From: Spirochaetota bacterium
GTDB taxonomy: Bacteria; Spirochaetota; UBA4802; UBA5550
Length of the DNA: 64,000 nucleotides
Direction of reading: 5' to 3'
NCBI GenBank assembly: GCA_963663865.1
Contig: OY760686.1
Coordinates: 992,001-1,056,000 of the forward strand
This document shows, in pieces, positions 29,706 to 40,802 of the stretch. The notes beneath the pieces are model-generated. The model was not told the DNA's origin and did no database searches. It saw nothing but the letters and a program-made list of their open reading frames with translations. Position numbers and translations under genes: made by a program. The first letter of the stretch is position 1; each line of letters starts with the position of its first letter.

Positions 29706-31320
29706 AAACGCGGGTGCGGCGCTTTTCTCCGCCGCGGCAGCGCTGCTTCTGACGGTTAAGGGGCTTAACGCGGCTGATATAAAGGCGGAGATATCACCGG
29801 GGGCAGTTGGAGTAGGCGGAACGGCGGTGATAACCGTCAGCGTTGAAGGAGGCGGAGATATTGAGCCGGTTACAATCCCGAAGGTTGATGGCCTGAATAT
29901 CGAGTACACCGGTATTCAGAGAAGTTTTCAGTTTATAAACGGCAGAACCTGGAGGGGGGTTAATATAAATTTTTCAGTCGAAGCTCTGAAGAAGGGGAGA
30001 TATACCATTCCGCCCTTTGTGTTTATCGACGGCGGCAAGAGGATCAGTACTGGAGAGCTTGTTCTGCATGTCACCGGTGCTCCTGCGGGGCGTTCAGCCC
30101 CCCGGCAGGGGATGCCTGGATTTATGGAAAGAAGGACTTCGCGTTCAGATGTCAGTGTCGATACACTTGTCGAGGCATCGGCAACAAAGGTATATGCTGG
30201 AGAACCGGTAATTTTGAACTACTACGCCCTTACCGACGGGAATGCAGATATAGCTATTGAGGGAATGGAGGAACAGCCCGAGGCGACCGGGTTCATTCTC
30301 GAGAGGATTGAGACACCTAAAGTCGGGCCTGTCAAAGACGCTGACGGCCGCATTAAGACGAGGATATACAGCTTTGCGGCCTATCCGACCCGCACAGGGG
30401 TTTTTGAGCCGGGAGGCGGGAGCTTCATCTATTCATACGATGATTCTTCCGGAGGTTTTTTCAGTATCGGAAGGCGCGGGAGGATGAGGTTTGACCGTGT
30501 CAGGGTTGAGGTTGTGCCTCTGCCTGATGCCGGAAGGCCGGACGGCTTTTCGGGAGCGGTCGGAGACTTTTCGCTTGAAATGCAGGAATATGAGGAGAAC
30601 CAGGAGCTGTTCGGAGAAACGAGGCTCGTTCTGACCATTAAGGGGGAGGGAAGCTTCAGGCTTCTCGGAAAGCCGCGAAACAGCGGCGGAGATGGAAGCT
30701 GCCGTGTAATCGTTGAAGACGGAGATGAGGATGTAAATCTGAAAGACGGCAGCATAAAGGGGCACAGGCAGTACAGAGTGACGATTATCCCGGAAAAGGC
30801 AGGCAGTGTCAACGCGGGGCGATTTGAGGTCGATTACTTCTCTCTTAAAAGAGCAGGCTACGAGACGCTGATGACCGGGGAGGTAAAACTCAACGTGACC
30901 GGCAAAGCGCCGGCAACGAAGCCCGCCGGCTCGGCATACGAGGAGAAGAAGGAAAAAATCCGTTTTAATCCTATACTCGCGCTGATTATTCTCGCGGCGG
31001 GCATCGGAGCCGGCGCGGCTGTCTTTCTGTATGAAAGGAAGCGCCGCAGACCTCAGGCCGCTGAGAGCGTGCCCGCCGAGGAGGCGCAGGCTGCTGATAA
31101 ACACAGCATAACAGAATCAGATCTCAGGGTTTACATAGATTCAGATAACTTTGACGGCTTCTTTAAGGCAGTATCCAGGCTTACAGAAAGCAGCGCCTCC
31201 ACGGCGGGCGCAGCCGTGAGGGAGAGGCTTTTCGCGGCCCGCTTCGGCGGAAAGGGAATGAACCGCGATGAAATGTCGGCTCTGCTTGAGGATATGCGTG
31301 CAGCGGGATTATTCCGCTGA
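29689..31320 (+). CDS. batD: BatD-like protein
   Basis: FINGR, GRYTIP, KVYAGEP, PLP..GRP..FSGAVGDF, C-terminal TM. Confidence 0.82.
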   Translation: MKRIGKNAGAALFSAAAALLLTVKGLNAADIKAEISPGAVGVGGTAVITVSVEGGGDIEPVTIPKVDGLNIEYTGIQRSFQFINGRTWRGVNINFSVEALKKGRYTIPPFVFIDGGKRISTGELVLHVTGAPAGRSAPRQGMPGFMERRTSRSDVSVDTLVEASATKVYAGEPVILNYYALTDGNADIAIEGMEEQPEATGFILERIETPKVGPVKDADGRIKTRIYSFAAYPTRTGVFEPGGGSFIYSYDDSSGGFFSIGRRGRMRFDRVRVEVVPLPDAGRPDGFSGAVGDFSLEMQEYEENQELFGETRLVLTIKGEGSFRLLGKPRNSGGDGSCRVIVEDGDEDVNLKDGSIKGHRQYRVTIIPEKAGSVNAGRFEVDYFSLKRAGYETLMTGEVKLNVTGKAPATKPAGSAYEEKKEKIRFNPILALIILAAGIGAGAAVFLYERKRRRPQAAESVPAEEAQAADKHSITESDLRVYIDSDNFDGFFKAVSRLTESSASTAGAAVRERLFAARFGGKGMNRDEMSALLEDMRAAGLFR

Positions 31321-31327
31321 AGGCCCT

Positions 31328-32116
31328 TCAGCCCTTCAGCTCTGATTTGGCCTCTTCCCAGAAGGCGTCAAGCTCGTCAAGGCTGTAGTCGGTCATATTT
31401 TTGCCTCCGGCTTCGGCCTTTTTCTCCACGAGGCGGAAGCGGTCTGAAAAACGGCCCGCCGCGGACTGGAGCGCCTCTTCAGCGTTAATGCCTCTGAACC
31501 TGAGAAGGTTTACCACTGAGAAGAGCACATCCCCCGCCTCATGAAAAACCTCCTCGTCGCTGCCGTTGTTTACTGCGTCAGTAAGCTCTTTAAGCTCTTC
31601 GGCGAGCTTTGCTTCAACGTCTTCAATCTTGTCCCAGTCAAAGCCGCGGCGTGAGGCCTTTTCCTGCATGCGGTATGATTTCAGCAGGGCGGGCAGGTGA
31701 TTTGGAACCCCGTCAAGAACCGATTCGCGTTCCTTCTTTTCCTCCTTCTTGATTTCCTCCCAGCGCTTCAGCACCTGGGCCGGATTGTCTGCCTTCTCGT
31801 CTCCGAAGACGTGAGGGTGCCTGCGAATGAGCTTTTCAGAAATCGCTTCGGCCACATCCTCAATGGAAAAGAGGCCCTCTTCAGACGCGATCTGTGCGTG
31901 CGCGTATATCTGATAGAGCAGGTCTCCAAGCTCCTCCTTCATGTGAGCCGGATCGTCGGTGTCAATGGCATCGTATAGTTCGTAAGCTTCTTCGATCAGA
32001 CAGGACTTGAGGGTTCTGGATGTTTGAGCTCTGTCCCAGGCGCATCCGTTTTCGCTTCTGAGTATCTCCGCTATTGATTTGAGCTTCAGCAGGGCGTTTT
32101 CACTTTTTATGTTCAT
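31328..32116 (-). CDS. mazG: Nucleoside triphosphate pyrophosphohydrolase MazG
   Basis: GCAWDRAQT, EEAYE, EELGDLL, KLIRRHPHVFG, GFDW. Confidence 0.95.
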   Translation of the reverse strand: MNIKSENALLKLKSIAEILRSENGCAWDRAQTSRTLKSCLIEEAYELYDAIDTDDPAHMKEELGDLLYQIYAHAQIASEEGLFSIEDVAEAISEKLIRRHPHVFGDEKADNPAQVLKRWEEIKKEEKKERESVLDGVPNHLPALLKSYRMQEKASRRGFDWDKIEDVEAKLAEELKELTDAVNNGSDEEVFHEAGDVLFSVVNLLRFRGINAEEALQSAAGRFSDRFRLVEKKAEAGGKNMTDYSLDELDAFWEEAKSELKG

Positions 32117-32459
32117 TGCAATCTCCATGTCGATTAGTTGCTGTTTGAACTATAAGGAGCGGGCCCTGTTCTTTTCAAGACATAAAATCTTATTTATGGT
32201 TTGCTGCTTAAGGCCCTGCCGCTGCGAGAAATGTATAAAACGGACTTCTACAGGGGCGCTGAAGAAGCTATTGAGGCCTTACTCCCGGCAATTAAATTGA
32301 GTTTTAGCGCGAGCAGAGAGGAGGTTTGAGGATATTTTATATTGACATACTATCCTGTCAGAACAATCTGGTTTCAGCAGTTAACCGGTAAACGGCTTCC
32401 TGAAATACCGGCCTTTTACGGGTTGCACTCCACTAATATTTCAAGGACGGAGGATTTCA

Positions 32460-33722
32460 ATGAACGAGAATATTTCCCTCAAGAGCGTTGACCCGGAAGT
32501 TTATGATATTCTTAAAAAAGAAGATAAAAGACAGCAGGACAGCCTCATCCTGATCGCGTCAGAGAACTATGTGTCAAGGGCTGTGCTCGAGGCTTCATCA
32601 TCAACTCTCACCAATAAATACGCTGAAGGCTATCCCGGAAAGAGGTTTTACAACGGCTGCCAGCAGGCGGATGCGATTGAATCGCTCGCGCTCGACAGGC
32701 TGAAAAAGCTTTTCGGTGCCGAGTACGCCAATGTTCAGCCGCATAGCGGTGCCCAGGCTAACATGGCCGTAATGATGTCCATTCTAAAGCCCGGCGATAC
32801 TTTTATGGGAATGAACCTGGCTCATGGCGGCCACCTTTCACACGGATCGCCGGTTAACTATTCGGGGCTTTACCATAATGTCGTTGCCTACGGAGTAACC
32901 CCTGATACAAATCTTATCGACTACGACGAGGTTATGGCTCTCGCGAAAGAGCATAAACCCAAACTGATTATAGCTGGAGCTTCAGCGTATCCGAGGACGA
33001 TTGATTTCGTAAAGTTCAAGGAGATCGCCGATGCTGTCGGGGCAAGGCTCATGGTCGATATAGCGCATATTGCAGGCCTGGTTGCAGCCGGGGAGCATTC
33101 TTCGCCGGTAGGTCTTGCCGATTATGTTACAATGACAACACACAAAACACTGCGCGGGCCGAGGGGCGGGGTATTTCTCGCCAAAGCCGAGTACGAGAAA
33201 GAGCTTAACAAGTTTACCTTTCCCGGCATTCAGGGAGGCCCGCTAATGCATACAATCGCGGCCAAGGCTGTCTGCTTCAAGGAGGCCATGGAGCCGGGCT
33301 ACAAAGCATATCAGGAGCAGGTCGTTAAGAATGCCGCTGCCATGGCAGAGACGCTTATGTCGAGAGGCTTCAATCTGACGTCAGGTGGAACTGACAATCA
33401 CCTTATGCTCATCGACCTGAGAAACAAGGATATAACAGGAAAGGACGCGGCTGAAAGGCTCGACCAGGCTGGAATAGCATGCAACAAAAACGGTGTTCCC
33501 TTTGATGACAAGTCGCCGTTTATCACAAGCGGTATCAGGCTTGGAAGCCCGGCGCTGACAACAAGAGGGCTGAAAGAGGCCGAGTTCAGGAAGGTTGCCG
33601 AACTGATTGCAGACGTTCTGGATAATCTTTCCGATGATTCGGTGCTGCAGAAAGTCAGGGGCAGCGTGGCGGAGATATGCAGCAGCTTCCCGACAGATTT
33701 CCTGAGGCATGAAGTTGACTGA
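32460..33722 (+). CDS. glyA: Serine hydroxymethyltransferase
   Basis: [40 protein letters not shown]. Confidence 0.98.
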   Translation: MNENISLKSVDPEVYDILKKEDKRQQDSLILIASENYVSRAVLEASSSTLTNKYAEGYPGKRFYNGCQQADAIESLALDRLKKLFGAEYANVQPHSGAQANMAVMMSILKPGDTFMGMNLAHGGHLSHGSPVNYSGLYHNVVAYGVTPDTNLIDYDEVMALAKEHKPKLIIAGASAYPRTIDFVKFKEIADAVGARLMVDIAHIAGLVAAGEHSSPVGLADYVTMTTHKTLRGPRGGVFLAKAEYEKELNKFTFPGIQGGPLMHTIAAKAVCFKEAMEPGYKAYQEQVVKNAAAMAETLMSRGFNLTSGGTDNHLMLIDLRNKDITGKDAAERLDQAGIACNKNGVPFDDKSPFITSGIRLGSPALTTRGLKEAEFRKVAELIADVLDNLSDDSVLQKVRGSVAEICSSFPTDFLRHEVD

Positions 33723-34536
33723 GAAAGCCCCGTTTAAGGCTTGCAGAGGCCGGATGAGATATCCGGCCCTTTTTTCAGCCGCTGCGGTTTGCACACTTCT
33801 GCTTGGCTCATGTTCCATCTTCGGCGGAGGCGTGCGTAACGTTCCTGTGCGTTTCGCGCTTACGGGCAACACATCGCCAAAGTCTCCGTATCAATGGGAG
33901 ACTGAAGCTGTTGAAATGACTGTCAGCGCCTTAAACAGGGAAAACCCTGACTTCGTAATACATACCGGAAATATGGTCTTCGGCGGAAACCGTGCCGAGG
34001 GCATCAGCCGTATAGATGTTGAGAGGCAGTTTGACAGCTTTCTTGCCTCGTTTTCCAGGCTCAATCCGGTCCTTTATACCATCTGCGGAGAGTCAGATCT
34101 TCACGACGCAACGCCATATATCTATACTGAAAAGACAAGACGTCCCCTGCGCTACAGCTTTAACTATGGAAGATATCATTTTGTGCTGATGTCCAACTTT
34201 GATTCCAAAGAAAAAGGCATTTCCAGCGAGGACATTGACTGGCTTGAAAGCGACCTTGTCCCTTTTATTTCTTCCGGGGGGATATTCATCCTGTCACACC
34301 GGGCATTGTCTCTGTCTACGGGAGAGCACAGTGGCAGGCTTCGTGAGCTGCTGAAGGCCTATCCTGTTAAGGCCCTCATTTCAGGCGAGTCTGAAGAGCG
34401 GACTGACGTGAGCGTTGACGGCGTTAGAATAATAAATACCGGCTGCGTGACGGGGTCACGGCGGAACAGCTTCCAGTACTGCGTGGCGGCATTTAGCGGC
34501 AGTGAGCTCTCAATAACATGGCACAGCGCGAGGTAA
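33709..34536 (+). CDS. Putative lipoprotein with calcineurin-like metallophosphoesterase fold, degenerate active site
   Basis: Lipobox LLGSC; [20 protein letters not shown] fold signatures; metal ligands substituted. Confidence 0.7.
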   Translation: MKLTEKAPFKACRGRMRYPALFSAAAVCTLLLGSCSIFGGGVRNVPVRFALTGNTSPKSPYQWETEAVEMTVSALNRENPDFVIHTGNMVFGGNRAEGISRIDVERQFDSFLASFSRLNPVLYTICGESDLHDATPYIYTEKTRRPLRYSFNYGRYHFVLMSNFDSKEKGISSEDIDWLESDLVPFISSGGIFILSHRALSLSTGEHSGRLRELLKAYPVKALISGESEERTDVSVDGVRIINTGCVTGSRRNSFQYCVAAFSGSELSITWHSAR

Positions 34537-34541
34537 CGGAT

Positions 34542-34826
34542 ATGGAAGGCAATGAGATTCTCCTTGACTCGACAGACGATTTTATTGATAGAATGCGCGA
34601 GCTGGATGTTACAGCTGTAGCCGCGGCGGTAATTGACGAGAAGCGGGTCAGAGAGGAAGAGCCCGGGAAGCTTTCGGTCTATCACCGGAAGAGCACCGAG
34701 CTTATAGCCTACCGGGACGCAGTTATTTACAAGTGCCGGATCGACGACGCCGATGCCGATGCACTATGCCGCCGGCTCGAAGCTGAAGGCTTTGATGTAA
34801 AGAAGACAAGCAGAAATATTGTCTGA
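34542..34826 (+). CDS. Small hypothetical protein
   Basis: 94-aa ORF packed between neighbours on the same strand, plausible RBS. Confidence 0.6.
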   Translation: MEGNEILLDSTDDFIDRMRELDVTAVAAAVIDEKRVREEEPGKLSVYHRKSTELIAYRDAVIYKCRIDDADADALCRRLEAEGFDVKKTSRNIV

Positions 34827-34862
34827 TAATTACTGCCCGATGCAGATGCAAACGGAGGTCCG

Positions 34863-35828
34863 ATGTCGCCGATGTTGAAAGTTGATAAGCTGTCAGTATC
34901 CTTCAGAATGCCCGGGGGCAATCTTCTCGCCGTGAGGGACGTGTCCTTTGAAATCGAAAGGGGAGGCGCCCTCGGCATTGTCGGCGAATCGGGTTGCGGG
35001 AAGTCGGTTACCGCCTTTTCCATACTCAGGCTGATTGAGAAGCCGGGTGAGATTGTATCAGGCTCTATTCTCTACAAAGGCAGGGACATCGTCAGGATGG
35101 GCGATGATGAGCTGCGCCGCGTGCGCGGTAAAGAAATAGCAATGATCTTCCAGGAACCAATGACCTCTCTGAATCCGGTCTTTACCGTGGGAAGACAGAT
35201 ATCCGAGGTGCTCACTCTTCACTTCGGCATGAATAAAAAAGAGTCACGGGGAAGGGCGGTTGAGCTGATGGGGAAGGTGGGTATCCCCAGTCCTTCAAAG
35301 AGATATGACTCTTACCCGCATGAGTTTTCGGGGGGGATGCGCCAGCGTATAATGATTGCCATGGCCCTGGCAGGCGAGCCGTCGCTGCTCATAGCGGATG
35401 AGCCCACAACAGCGCTTGATGTTACCATTCAGGCGCAGATACTTGACCTGCTCATGAAGATACAGGAGGAGCGCGAGATGGCGCTCATTCTGATAACGCA
35501 TGACCTCGGTGTCGTTGCCAATACATGTTCAAAGGTCGCGGTAATGTATTCAGGCGAGATGGCAGAGACTGCTGATACCGCTTCGATATTCAAGGCGCCT
35601 ATGCATCCGTATACCAGAGGCCTCTTTGAGGCAATACCTCAACCGGGCCGGGGTGATGAAAGGCTTTACACAATACCCGGTACGGTCCCGTATCTAATGG
35701 AAGAACCGGAAGGATGTGTTTTTGCTCCGCGCTGCTTTCAGGCTTCCGACGAGTGTCTGCGCGGCAGGATCGCTCTCGAGGAAAAGACAGGCGGGCATTC
35801 TGTGCGCTGCATAAAGCCGCTGGTTTGA
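34863..35828 (+). CDS. OppD/DppD-type peptide ABC transporter ATPase
   Basis: [38 protein letters not shown]-terminal Cys motif. Confidence 0.92.
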   Translation: MSPMLKVDKLSVSFRMPGGNLLAVRDVSFEIERGGALGIVGESGCGKSVTAFSILRLIEKPGEIVSGSILYKGRDIVRMGDDELRRVRGKEIAMIFQEPMTSLNPVFTVGRQISEVLTLHFGMNKKESRGRAVELMGKVGIPSPSKRYDSYPHEFSGGMRQRIMIAMALAGEPSLLIADEPTTALDVTIQAQILDLLMKIQEEREMALILITHDLGVVANTCSKVAVMYSGEMAETADTASIFKAPMHPYTRGLFEAIPQPGRGDERLYTIPGTVPYLMEEPEGCVFAPRCFQASDECLRGRIALEEKTGGHSVRCIKPLV

Positions 35829-35957
35829 TAAAAGTTCAGCGGTGAGCTTTCGTCCGCTGTTCAGTGTCCCCGCTTTAACAGGGCTTCTGAATACATAAGC
35901 TGCTATACTGTGACGAAGACTTTTAACAATCTGAAGCATGCTCGATGAACGTGAGAT

Positions 35958-37481
35958 TCAGCTTACAAGGCCGGCGTAGTTCCTGGCCAGGTTCTTGTAG
36001 CCAACTGCTTCCAGCACATGGCGTTTTGATATGTTTTCCGAGCCCTCAATGTCTGCGATGGTTCTCGCTACCTTCAGAATTTTAAAGTACGACCTTGCTG
36101 AAAGCTTCATCATCTTTACGGCTGATTCAAGAATGCCCTCTGTGGCCGGCTCAATGCGGCAGTGCTCCCGTATCTGCGGAATGGTCATGCGGGAGTTGTA
36201 CAGTGTGCGGCTTCCGGTAAATCGAAGCTTTTGAACCTCGCGTGCCTTCATAACCCTTCTCAGAATACTTTTTGAATCTTCCGCGTGTGATGCAGTTGAT
36301 ATGTCCTTGAAGCTTACACGGTTCATAAGGACTTCAATGTCTATACGGTCAAGTATGGGGCCGGAGATTTTCTGGTAGTATCCGCTTATGCTTTTGGGCC
36401 GGCAGCTGCAGGGCACCTCCGGGTCAAACAGATAACCGCAGCCGCATGGATTGGTCGACGCTATAAGCATGAAGTCAGCCGGGAAGGTCTGTGAGCCGGA
36501 TGCCCGCGATATTGTAATCTCATGGTTTTCAAGGGGCTGCCTGAGTGCCTGAATAACATTGCTTCTGAATTCAACGAACTCGTCGAGAAACAATACTCCG
36601 TTGTGTGAAAGGGAAATCTCTCCTACCCCGGGCAGGTGGCCGCCTCCGACAAGCGCCGCGTCTGAAGAGGTGTGGTGCGGAGAGCAGAACGGAGGCATCA
36701 TGATAAGGCTTCCTCCAGGAGAAAGTTTCCCGGCCGCGGAATGGATCATTGTTGTTTCTACTGAGCGGTCGTATTCAAGCTGAGGCATTATGGACTGGAC
36801 CCGTTTCGCCAGCATGGTCTTGCCGGCACCCGGAGGTCCGTAGAGAAGAATATTATGGCTGCCTGCCGCGGCTACTTCAAGCGCCCTCTTGGCAGTCTCC
36901 TGCCCTCTGACATCAGAAAAGTCAGGGAGCGGAGCGGGCTCCGCTTCAGGCGCCGTTCCTTTGAAAGGTTCAGGCCGTTTTTGCAGAATCTCAATTGTAT
37001 TTCGGAGGCTGTTCACCGGGAAAACAGAGATTTGATGAACGGCCGCTGCCTCAAAGCGGTTTTCTTCCGGTACAATGATTGAATTGAAACCGTTCCGAGT
37101 CAGGGCTATAGACATTGATATTGCCCCTTTGACGGGTTTGACGCGGCCGTCAAGTGAGAGCTCGCCAACCATGGGAACTGTCTGTGATGTCAGCGATATC
37201 TGACCGGTGGCCCTAAGAATGCATACCGCGATGGGCAGGTCGAAGTTAGCGCCCTGTTTTTTGAATCCTGCGGGTGCAAGGTTCACCACAAAGTTGCATG
37301 GAGGAAATTCATAGCCCGAGTTTTCTATTGCAGATCTTATGCGATCCTTCGACTCCCTTATTGTGGAATCCGGCAGACCCACAATAGTGAATCCGGGCAG
37401 GCCCTTGATTATGTCGACTTCAATCTCGACGATTCTCGCGTCGATTCCGTTAATGGCCAGAGAGAACGCGCCAGAAATCAT
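35958..37481 (-). CDS. comM: ComM/YifB Mg-chelatase-like AAA+ ATPase
   Basis: VGLPD, NLAPA, GELSLDG, GPPGAGKT, PHHT, GEISLSHNGVLFLDE, NPCGCG, SGPILDRID. Confidence 0.93.
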   Translation of the reverse strand: MISGAFSLAINGIDARIVEIEVDIIKGLPGFTIVGLPDSTIRESKDRIRSAIENSGYEFPPCNFVVNLAPAGFKKQGANFDLPIAVCILRATGQISLTSQTVPMVGELSLDGRVKPVKGAISMSIALTRNGFNSIIVPEENRFEAAAVHQISVFPVNSLRNTIEILQKRPEPFKGTAPEAEPAPLPDFSDVRGQETAKRALEVAAAGSHNILLYGPPGAGKTMLAKRVQSIMPQLEYDRSVETTMIHSAAGKLSPGGSLIMMPPFCSPHHTSSDAALVGGGHLPGVGEISLSHNGVLFLDEFVEFRSNVIQALRQPLENHEITISRASGSQTFPADFMLIASTNPCGCGYLFDPEVPCSCRPKSISGYYQKISGPILDRIDIEVLMNRVSFKDISTASHAEDSKSILRRVMKAREVQKLRFTGSRTLYNSRMTIPQIREHCRIEPATEGILESAVKMMKLSARSYFKILKVARTIADIEGSENISKRHVLEAVGYKNLARNYAGLVS

Positions 37482-37739
37482 AAAATATCTCCAAATGACA
37501 GACAATAATCTGCTTCGAAGAGATAACGGATGAGTCGGACAAAAATAAAAAAAATGGCAGAAAAAAGGATGAAACTTATATCAATTATGGGTATCAAAAA
37601 CGGGCAAGGTGCAAAAACTGATATATCAAGGATTCGATAGATATATTCTTATGAATGTGTTGTTATTGACCATGGGTTGAACATATTCGGGATCGATAAT
37701 ACGGCTGTTCCGGTATATAAACCCTCCTAAAATAGTGTT

Positions 37740-37772
37740 GACAAAGGAGGAGTCCCTGGCTCCTCCTTTGTC
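37740..37772 (-). terminator. Terminator-like hairpin downstream of polA
   Basis: 13-bp perfect stem GACAAAGGAGGAG/CTCCTCCTTTGTC, 9 nt after the polA stop. Confidence 0.65.
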
Positions 37773-37781
37773 TAAATTAAT

Positions 37782-40490
37782 TTAGTGAGCTTCATCCCAG
37801 GTTTTTCCGAAACCGCAGGTGACCTCAACGGGCACTTTCAGCTCAATCGCGTTCCGCATCTCTTCAGTCACGAGGCTTTTAACACTTTCAAGCTCATCTT
37901 CGGCGGTTTCAAGAACGAGTTCATCGTGCACCTGCATTATAAGGCGGCTCCTGAGCGATGAAGAGATGAGGCTTTCGTGAATCCTTATCATGGCAATTTT
38001 TATCATGTCCGCGGAAGTACCCTGAATCGGAGTGTTTATGGCTATTCGTTCTGCGCCCTCGCGCCTGAACTGCGCCGAAGAGTCAATTTCCGGAATAGCC
38101 CTTCTTCTTCCGAGCATTGTTTCGACATATCCGTGTTCTTTAGCGAAGGCAATGGTCCGGTCCATATAGTCCTTGAACCCCGGATATGTTTCAAAGTATA
38201 ACCTGATAAACTCCGCTGCCTCTTTGACGCCGATCTCGGCCTGCTGAGAAAGCCCGAAAGGTGATACGCCGTAAATCGTTGCAAAGTTGATAATCTTTGC
38301 CTGACGGCGCATCTCGGGGGTGACATCGTCAAGCCCTACGCCGAAGACTGAAGCTGCCGTTTTCGTATGAATGTCAACTCCGTCAATGAAGGCAGCTATC
38401 ATATTCTCATCGCCCGAGAGGTGAGCGGCGAGTCTCAGTTCAATCTGTGAATAGTCGGCCGCCAGGATCAGGAAACCCTTCTGAGCTACAAAACCAGCCC
38501 TTATTTTTCTACCGAACTCGGTCCGTATGGGTATGTTCTGCAAATTGGGGTCTGAAGATGAAAGCCTTCCTGTGGCTACAACAGTCTGATTATATGAGGT
38601 GTGTATGCGTCCGGTCAAAGGGTTGATGAGCTTTGGCAGTGCGTCAATGTATGTTCCGCCAAGCTTGCTCAGAGTCCTGTAGCTTATCAGGTGGTCAACA
38701 ATAGCGTGGTGTCCCCTCAGCGCTTCGAGTACGGTGATGTCAGTTGAAAAGCCTGTCTTGGTTTTCTTGACGGGCTTGAGCCCCAGTCTGTCAAACAGAA
38801 CGGCTGACAGCTCTTTTGTTGAATTGATGTTGAACCGTCCGTCTGCTTCTTTAAAAATATTTTCCTGCGTATCGAAAAGCAGCTTTTCATTTTCAGCGGA
38901 GAGTGCCGCAAAGTGTTCCGTGTCAATAAGGACTCCCGCTGCCTCCATGTCCGCCAGGACCTGAACGAGCTTCATCTCAACATTGAAGAACAAATCTTCA
39001 AGTCCTTCTTTTTTTATGCGGGGTTCAAAGATACGGTAAAGCCTGAGTGCGATGTCGGCGTCTTCTATCGCGTAGTCAGCAAGCTTCTCAAGCTCGACCT
39101 CAGAAATCGATAACGCGTTTTTTCCCGTACCGGTGAGTTCTTTATAGGTTGTTGTTTTGTAGTTAAGGTGCTGCATGGCCATGTCGTCAAGGTTGTGCCT
39201 GCGTTCTGACGCGTCAAGGATGTATGACGCTACCATTGTATCGAAGTAAACCCCCGCTAGCCTGATGCCATGTCTGGCGAGTACTATGATGTCGTACTTG
39301 ATATTCTGTCCTACCTTTCTTACCGCATCATCTTCGAGTAGAGGTTTGACAGCGGCGAGAGATTCCGACGGATCCATGTGTCCCTCGCTGAAAAGCCCAG
39401 AGCTTATCATCGGAATGTACCAGCCCTGCGAGTCCTCAATCGAGAATGATATTCCAACAAGGTCGGCGGCAGCGGGCGAAATAGATGTTGTTTCGGTGTC
39501 AACAGAGACTGTCCCTGCAATACTGATCTGCTTCAGCATATCTGTGAGTTCATTGATGTCCCGTATTATGCGGTAGTCTTTCTGTTTCGACACGGTTTCG
39601 TTTTGGGGGGTGGATGTTGACCCTCCGTCGTAGTAGTCTTTTACCAGGGCGTTCATCTCATGCTCCTCGAAAAACTTCCGTGTCGCAGTGGTCATTATTC
39701 CCCCCAGAGAAAAGGGAGATGTGTCAATGTCAATGCTCACTTCCGTCCGGATGGTTGCCAGGTTGCGGCTGAGCTCGGCCGATTCACGGCCCTCCTCAAG
39801 AAGCTTGCGCTGCCTCGGCTGAACATCTTCAATGCGCCGGTAAATCTCATCAAGGCTGCCGAACTCGGCGATAAGCTTTTGGGCGCTCTTTTCTCCGATG
39901 CCGGGGACGCCCGGAATATTATCGGATGAGTCTCCCATCAGAGCAAGGTAGTCCACCATCTGGGACGGAGATATTCCGAGTTTGCTGCTAACCTCTTCGG
40001 GGCCCATTATCTCATATTCGGAAATACCCTTCTTCGGAGCCAGAATGCTTACGCCGTCCTTCAGGAGCTGGAAAGCGTCCTTGTCGCCGGTAACGAGGAC
40101 AACTTCAAAACCGAGCGATGAGTATTTGGCCGCGGCCGATCCCAGAAGGTCGTCGGCCTCATATTCATCATTTTCCAGTACGGGCAGGCCCATTGTTTCA
40201 ACCATTCTCTTTATCTCGTTGATCTGAGATTTGAGATCTTCGGGAGTCTTCTGTCTTGTAGCCTTATACGGTTCGTAGAGCCTGAACCTGAACGACTTTA
40301 CCGGAGGATCGAATGCTACTGCAAGGCAGTCAGGCTTCTGGTCTTCGGCGAGCTTGAAAAGCATTCTGGCAAACCCGTATATCGCCGATGTGTTCTGTCC
40401 CTTTGAGTTCACGAGCGGATTTCTCATGAAAGCGTAATAGGCCCGGTAGCAGAGAGCGTGGCCGTCTATAATAAAAAGGCGTGTTTTCAC
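37782..40490 (-). CDS. polA: DNA polymerase I
   Basis: 5'-3' exonuclease (IDGH, EADD, GDSSDNIPGV), 3'-5' exonuclease (DTET), polymerase motifs (DYSQIELR, KIINF, QVHDEL); GTG start. Confidence 0.98.
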   Translation of the reverse strand: MKTRLFIIDGHALCYRAYYAFMRNPLVNSKGQNTSAIYGFARMLFKLAEDQKPDCLAVAFDPPVKSFRFRLYEPYKATRQKTPEDLKSQINEIKRMVETMGLPVLENDEYEADDLLGSAAAKYSSLGFEVVLVTGDKDAFQLLKDGVSILAPKKGISEYEIMGPEEVSSKLGISPSQMVDYLALMGDSSDNIPGVPGIGEKSAQKLIAEFGSLDEIYRRIEDVQPRQRKLLEEGRESAELSRNLATIRTEVSIDIDTSPFSLGGIMTTATRKFFEEHEMNALVKDYYDGGSTSTPQNETVSKQKDYRIIRDINELTDMLKQISIAGTVSVDTETTSISPAAADLVGISFSIEDSQGWYIPMISSGLFSEGHMDPSESLAAVKPLLEDDAVRKVGQNIKYDIIVLARHGIRLAGVYFDTMVASYILDASERRHNLDDMAMQHLNYKTTTYKELTGTGKNALSISEVELEKLADYAIEDADIALRLYRIFEPRIKKEGLEDLFFNVEMKLVQVLADMEAAGVLIDTEHFAALSAENEKLLFDTQENIFKEADGRFNINSTKELSAVLFDRLGLKPVKKTKTGFSTDITVLEALRGHHAIVDHLISYRTLSKLGGTYIDALPKLINPLTGRIHTSYNQTVVATGRLSSSDPNLQNIPIRTEFGRKIRAGFVAQKGFLILAADYSQIELRLAAHLSGDENMIAAFIDGVDIHTKTAASVFGVGLDDVTPEMRRQAKIINFATIYGVSPFGLSQQAEIGVKEAAEFIRLYFETYPGFKDYMDRTIAFAKEHGYVETMLGRRRAIPEIDSSAQFRREGAERIAINTPIQGTSADMIKIAMIRIHESLISSSLRSRLIMQVHDELVLETAEDELESVKSLVTEEMRNAIELKVPVEVTCGFGKTWDEAH

Positions 40491-40802
40491 GTAGTATCTC
40501 CAATCAAAGTAATTATTCTATCATAGCCCGCGGGGGCGTGACTGTCAACCTGCATTTAGAAGCGTTGAATAACACGGGGAATTATGAGAGTGGAAAAGGT
40601 ATAAATAAGTTAGATAAATAAAACATGTTGACACTTAAAGGACTTTTCTGTAATGGGAGTATAAATAAACAATGTTCACTATAGAGGAAGCCTGACTTAA
40701 ATGATTTTGAAATAACGTTTTTCGATGAAGCATTACCAGTGCGTAAAACGGGAACTGCACGGCAGTGCCCTGTCAAAATATTATACTTAAGGATATATTC
40801 CA

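Noticed and set aside
32340-32459. Riboswitch (ZTP, THF or glycine) upstream of glyA
   Set aside because: No consensus aptamer motifs recognised; only a TTGACA without a well-spaced -10.
37619-37628. Palindrome TGATATATCA upstream of comM as a regulator site
   Set aside because: A single 10-bp AT-rich palindrome is expected by chance; no supporting copy.
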